Shown piece by piece: positions 59,831 through 64,000 of a stretch of 64,000 nucleotides of DNA. The notes under the pieces were generated by a model. It worked only from the letters and a program-made list of their open reading frames with translations, did not search any database and was not told the origin of the DNA. This stretch comes from Candidatus Latescibacterota bacterium (lineage in GTDB: Bacteria > Latescibacterota > UBA2968 > GCA-2709665): NCBI GenBank assembly GCA_965203805.1, contig OZ241917.1, forward strand, positions 2,304,001 to 2,368,000, given 5' to 3'. The translations under genes and the position numbers were made by a program. How positions within the stretch are numbered: position 1 is the first letter of the stretch; each line of letters starts with the position of its first letter.

Positions 59831-60298
59831 ATGTCCGATAGACAATTGAAATTGAAAGTGATGTGCTCGCATCTGCCTGGGCTAAGGTTCGAAGACCCTT
59901 ACAAGCACGAACCCAGAGTCAAGGAGCCTGTCTATCTCGGAATCCAGCGCGGGACCGACGTGATCGCACAGGTCCCCGCCAGCCGGCGCCGGGTGGTGTT
60001 CCGTCCAGAGTTCAGGATTGGAAAGAGGCCCGACGGGTCCCCCAATTTTCTGGGTCCGTACGCCCAGGGCAGACCCGCAGACCGGTTCTTCTATCTTTCA
60101 TGGGGCGTAAAGACTGAACCTGAACAGTTCGCGATGTTCCGCCGATTGAAGATCCGCCTCACTCACCTCGAATGGCCGGAGATTGACCACGCGCTTGAGT
60201 CGGACGAGCCCATCGTCGTGAGGCTGAAGTTGACCGACGACCTCGGCGGTCCCGCGTGCGGCACGCCGGACGATTCGCGGATCAAGTGGGAATTGTGA
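59831..60298 (+). CDS. DUF5990-like protein
   Basis: LGIQRG, FLGPYAQG..DRFFYLSW, MFRRLKI, LTD..GGP.C pattern. Confidence 0.7.
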   Translation: MSDRQLKLKVMCSHLPGLRFEDPYKHEPRVKEPVYLGIQRGTDVIAQVPASRRRVVFRPEFRIGKRPDGSPNFLGPYAQGRPADRFFYLSWGVKTEPEQFAMFRRLKIRLTHLEWPEIDHALESDEPIVVRLKLTDDLGGPACGTPDDSRIKWEL

Positions 60299-60318
60299 TC
60301 TGCTTGGGAGACGACAAG

Positions 60319-60984
60319 ATGGCCGTTGAAGCGAAGGAATTGAAATTTCTGGCGACAAAGGAAAAAGGCGAGGTGTCAGCGTTGATCGCGCGGCCGCCCG
60401 CCGCCGAGGCGCTGCTGGTGCTGGGCCACGGCGCGGGCACCAATATGCGCCATTCGTTCATGCAGGACCTGAGCGACGCGTTGAACGACGCGGACATCGC
60501 CACGTTCCGCTTCAACTATCCCTATTCCGAAAAGGGTGGCGGCATGGACGGCGAGAAGGTTCGCCTCGCAACCGTGCGCGCCGCCGTCGCGACCGCAACG
60601 AACCGCGCGGACGGTCTCCCGGTCTTCGCCGGCGGGCACTCCATGAGCGGGCGCATGTTCTCCATGGCCTGTGCGCAGGAGCCGATGGACGGGCTCAGGG
60701 GCATCGTCTTCTTCGCGTTTCCGCTGCACGCCGGCAAGCCGAACGCGGACCGCGCCGAGCATCTGAAGGACGTGCCGGCGCCCATGCTGTTCCTGTCCGG
60801 ACAGCGGGACAAGATGGCGAAAATGGAATTGCTCGAGCCCGTGGTGAGGAAACTGGAACGTGCCAGCCTCCACGTCGTGGATACCGCGGATCACGGCTTC
60901 AAGGTACTGAAGCGGCGGAAGACCGAAGAACCCGTACTCGAGGAACTGGCCAGGGTGGCGGGTGGCTGGATGAAACAACCCTGA
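60319..60984 (+). CDS. Alpha/beta hydrolase (KANL3/Tex30-like)
   Basis: LGHGAG, RFNYPY, GGHSMSGR, FPLH, GQRD, DHGF. Confidence 0.88.
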   Translation: MAVEAKELKFLATKEKGEVSALIARPPAAEALLVLGHGAGTNMRHSFMQDLSDALNDADIATFRFNYPYSEKGGGMDGEKVRLATVRAAVATATNRADGLPVFAGGHSMSGRMFSMACAQEPMDGLRGIVFFAFPLHAGKPNADRAEHLKDVPAPMLFLSGQRDKMAKMELLEPVVRKLERASLHVVDTADHGFKVLKRRKTEEPVLEELARVAGGWMKQP

Positions 60985-61014
60985 TGGCAGCGATAGACCT
61001 GGAGGGACATTGCC

Positions 61015-61473
61015 ATGAAAGAAAAAGTCAATCTGTCGGAAATCGAAGAACGATCCCACCACTCCCCCAAAGGGACGTTCCAGGTCTCGCGAAAGGACGT
61101 GTCCGGATCGCTCGAAACCGCCGACCGGCCGTTCGAAATCGACTGGGTGCGGTTACGGCCGGGGATGACCAACTTCCCCTACCACGCGCATCAGATCCAG
61201 TGGGAGTTCTATATCGTGGTCAGCGGGCGCGGAACTGTCAGGCGGAACGACCGCACGTTCGATGTGGTGACCGGCGACGTGTTCGTTCAACCGCCGGGGA
61301 CCGCGCATCACATCCGCAATCCGAGCGAGGACGAGGACCTGATCTACTACGTGATTGCCGACAATCCCGTGTGCGACCCCTGTTATTATCCCGATTCGGA
61401 CAAATGGGCAATCCGGCCGCCGGGTAAACTGGGTCGCATGACGGACGCGGACTATTACGACGGAGAAGAGTAG
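61015..61473 (+). CDS. Cupin domain protein
   Basis: PYHAH...EFYIVVSG...PPGTAH...YYPDSDK. Confidence 0.88.
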   Translation: MKEKVNLSEIEERSHHSPKGTFQVSRKDVSGSLETADRPFEIDWVRLRPGMTNFPYHAHQIQWEFYIVVSGRGTVRRNDRTFDVVTGDVFVQPPGTAHHIRNPSEDEDLIYYVIADNPVCDPCYYPDSDKWAIRPPGKLGRMTDADYYDGEE

Positions 61474-61479
61474 AAGGCC

Positions 61480-61879
61480 TGGCGTCCTTCCCGCCGCCCG
61501 GCTGTTTTCCAGGGTCGACGAGGGCGACCTGTCCGGGTTTATCAGTGCGACGACCGTGACGACCATTCACTATCTCGCGCGTGGGACGGTTGGAGACCGG
61601 CAGGCACGTAACGAGATACGAAACATGCTGGACCTGTTTGACGTCGCGCCGGTAAACCAGACTGTGCTGGAGGGAGCTCTCGAATCGAATTTTAGGGACT
61701 TCGAGGATGCGGTCTTGCATCAGGCGGCGCTGGACGTGAATGCGGACGGCATCGTGACCCGAAACACGGGACATTTCAAACCCGCAACGATTCCAGTCTA
61801 TGCGCCCGACGAACTTGATCGCCTGGTGCAGATTACGGACGAGATCGCGGACAGCCACGGCCATGAAAATGCAGGATAG
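61480..61879 (+). pseudogene. 5'-truncated PIN-domain (PIN_3-like) toxin gene
   Basis: AARLFSRVDEG...ISATTVTTIHY...DFEDAV...IVTRN present; N-terminal LDTN motif and partner antitoxin absent. Confidence 0.65.
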
Positions 61880-61909
61880 AATTGCGTTCGAGACACGGCC
61901 GGCCGCAAA

Positions 61910-61939
61910 AAGCCCCGGAGAACGGCGCCTCCGGGGCTT
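61910..61939 (-). terminator. Rho-independent terminator after manA
   Basis: aagccccggag...ctccggggctt hairpin followed by a T-run on the minus strand. Confidence 0.7.
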
Positions 61940-61963
61940 CGTCCTGTCATCGGTGGCGACGGA

Positions 61964-62953
61964 TCAGGGCACCGACGACACAAGGTATTCGGGCGGGGTT
62001 TCACTCAGGGAATTAACGGTAAAGTCACGGTCGGCGGGGACAAGAAAGGTGTCGCCTAACCCGGCGCGGCAGGTCTCGCGGCCGCCCTGGATTTCGGCGC
62101 TGCCGGAAAGCAAGGTGAGCGCGGCCAGCGAGGCGTATGGCGGATGTTCGGTCCTCATTTTCGACGGATTGAAACGTTCCAGGCGGAAGTGTTCGGACTC
62201 GACGAGTACGGCCTGGTCGGGGTTCGTCCCCGTCAGCGTTGACACGGCTACCGGTTCAAGACGAGGACCGTCAAACGCGATGACCTCCAGGGCGTCGTCA
62301 ACATGCAATTCTCTGGGTTTTCCATCGGCCCCGGGGCGATTGTAGTCGTAGATGCGGAAGGTGATATCGCTGGATTGCTGGACCTCGTACACCATGACCC
62401 CGGCGCAGAGGGCGTGGACGGTTCCAGGCGGGATGAAGACGACGTCGCCCGGGCATGCGTCGAAGAACTCGACGGCATCCGAGACGCGATTGTTGTTGAC
62501 GGCATCCGCGAACGCGGACCTGTCAACGCCGGGTTTCAGGCCGCAGGCGATGCGGCCGTTTTCGGACCGGAGCACGTACCAGGCTTCCATCTTCCCGAAA
62601 CTTCCAGGTTGCTTTATCCGGGCGTATGCGTCGTCGGGGTGGACCTGAATGGAAAGGTGCTGGTGCGCGTCGAGTAACTTGATAAGCAGCGGGAACTCGC
62701 CGCCGTACCGGTCGAAGACCTCCCCGCCAAGCAGTTCGCGGCCGTGCGATTCGACCACATCGGGAAGCGACCGTCCGGAGAATGGGCCTGCCGCAACGGT
62801 GCTTTCCATTCCAGGATACGCGGAAACCTCCCATGATTCGCCGATATTCCTTCCGCGCGGCAGAGATTTTTGGAATTGGCCCTGCAGCCTGCGGCCGCCC
62901 CAGATCATCTCTCTGAAATACGGTCTCAGCGGCATTATGCTCGGCAGCAACAC
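61964..62953 (-). CDS. manA: Class I mannose-6-phosphate isomerase
   Basis: IWGG, IGESWE, FPLLIKLLDA..LSIQVHP, GKMEAWY, GTVHA, EVQQSSD.TFR.YDY, RELH. Confidence 0.92.
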   Translation of the reverse strand: MLLPSIMPLRPYFREMIWGGRRLQGQFQKSLPRGRNIGESWEVSAYPGMESTVAAGPFSGRSLPDVVESHGRELLGGEVFDRYGGEFPLLIKLLDAHQHLSIQVHPDDAYARIKQPGSFGKMEAWYVLRSENGRIACGLKPGVDRSAFADAVNNNRVSDAVEFFDACPGDVVFIPPGTVHALCAGVMVYEVQQSSDITFRIYDYNRPGADGKPRELHVDDALEVIAFDGPRLEPVAVSTLTGTNPDQAVLVESEHFRLERFNPSKMRTEHPPYASLAALTLLSGSAEIQGGRETCRAGLGDTFLVPADRDFTVNSLSETPPEYLVSSVP

Positions 62954-63638
62954 GGATCCCCCTTGGACGGATCGGATAACCCCGTATATGGATATTTCGT
63001 TCAAGATATCCGGTACGCCTCTCGAAGTCAAATGCGGTTCCGACCGGAAGAGCGCTGCGCAGACCTCTCCCCCCCGGCCAACGAGAAGCAGCAAAGAACA
63101 GTTATCAGCTTTCAGCCATCAGCTCAAGTCAAAACCAGGAATCAGATTCAACGTCCACATCTCCCCAAATTCCCTGCCTCCGGCGGGTTCCTTTTGAAGC
63201 GACCAAAAGGAACCAAAAGTCGCCGCTGGGCGCGGGGCCTGCCATATGCATAGCGCGAACACCCTCACAGGATGCACACAATCCTCTGCCCTGACACCCT
63301 CGGTTGCACATCGAACCGTGTCGCTGGACGGATTAGCGCGCTCTGCTTTGGAGGCGCTCCGGTAAGGGAATTCCTTTGTAGACCAATTGGCGCCTGTATG
63401 ATGAGGACAGCCGTCAGCTTGATTCTAGAGCAACCGACTGACGTCAACGTCGTGAAGCATCAGGCCCCCGGGTCACCTCTGCCTGCGTACCGCTATTCCG
63501 CTTGCGGCGCATTGGCTCAAGCATTAGGTTATTGGCCCCTCGCGAAACTCTGTGAGAACCGGCAGACTCCGGCTACCTGAAACGAGGCGCGTCGGTCTGT
63601 TTCCGGGCTTGACATCCAGCGATTGAGAAGGGCCGGAT

Positions 63639-64000
63639 ATGTCGGACGATAGAATTGTGGCGCTGGAGCGGAAAATCGGCGAATTGATGGCTGAACTCCA
63701 TGCCCTGCAGAAGGCCAATCCGGCAGCGCCCGTCCCCAATTACACGCTTAAGAACCTGGCAGGAAAGACCACGCTGCTCGACCTGTTCGGCGGCCGCGAC
63801 ACGTTGCTGGCCATCCATAACATGGGCCAGGGCTGCCGCTATTGCACGCTCTGGGCGGACGGCTTCAACGGACTGCTCCCGCACCTGGAGTCCGCCCTGT
63901 CTGTGGCCCTTCTGTCGAAAGACCCGCCGGAGACCCAGCGCCGATTCGCGAACGCCCGCGGATGGCGGTTTCAACTGGCCTCCCACGGCGGTGGCGACTA
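63639..64000 (+). CDS. DUF899 family thioredoxin-like protein (runs off window end; absent from the ORF track)
   Basis: Manual translation: MSDDRIVALERKI...LLDLFGGRDTLLAIHNMGQGCRYCTLWADGFNG...ARGWRF. Confidence 0.85.
   Translation, partial: MSDDRIVALERKIGELMAELHALQKANPAAPVPNYTLKNLAGKTTLLDLFGGRDTLLAIHNMGQGCRYCTLWADGFNGLLPHLESALSVALLSKDPPETQRRFANARGWRFQLASHGGGD

Overview
GC-rich bacterial chromosome segment. The gene types (GWxTD-like protein, dockerin/EF-hand-like secreted protein) suggest Gemmatimonadota/Latescibacterota, but this is inference only. Most of the window is housekeeping: ino1, thiI, copA, thiL, His6-type hisA, an ArfB-like factor, an S1 protein, pyrD/pyrK, a split carB, nnr, gltX, glnS, prs, manA and three tRNAs. 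The notable part is 9.6-28.4 kb, all on the minus strand. (1) An expanded phage-shock/ESCRT-III-type locus: sigma54 promoter, pspA, a membrane winged-helix protein, three paralogous membrane coiled-coil proteins, STAS, an unannotated 58-aa membrane protein, ECF sigma, NfeD-like protein, flotillin, a soluble TPR histidine kinase and a REC-fused PspF-like activator. (2) Directly downstream, an apparently lower-GC island: a 596-aa unknown protein, then a second sigma54 promoter with the same type of upstream activator site, driving two unannotated 48-49-aa low-complexity peptides and a beta-CASP RNase, then a DUF6883 / DUF4926::SNF2-helicase cassette bracketed by ~100-bp direct repeats. All calls come from motif recognition by eye; no searches were run.
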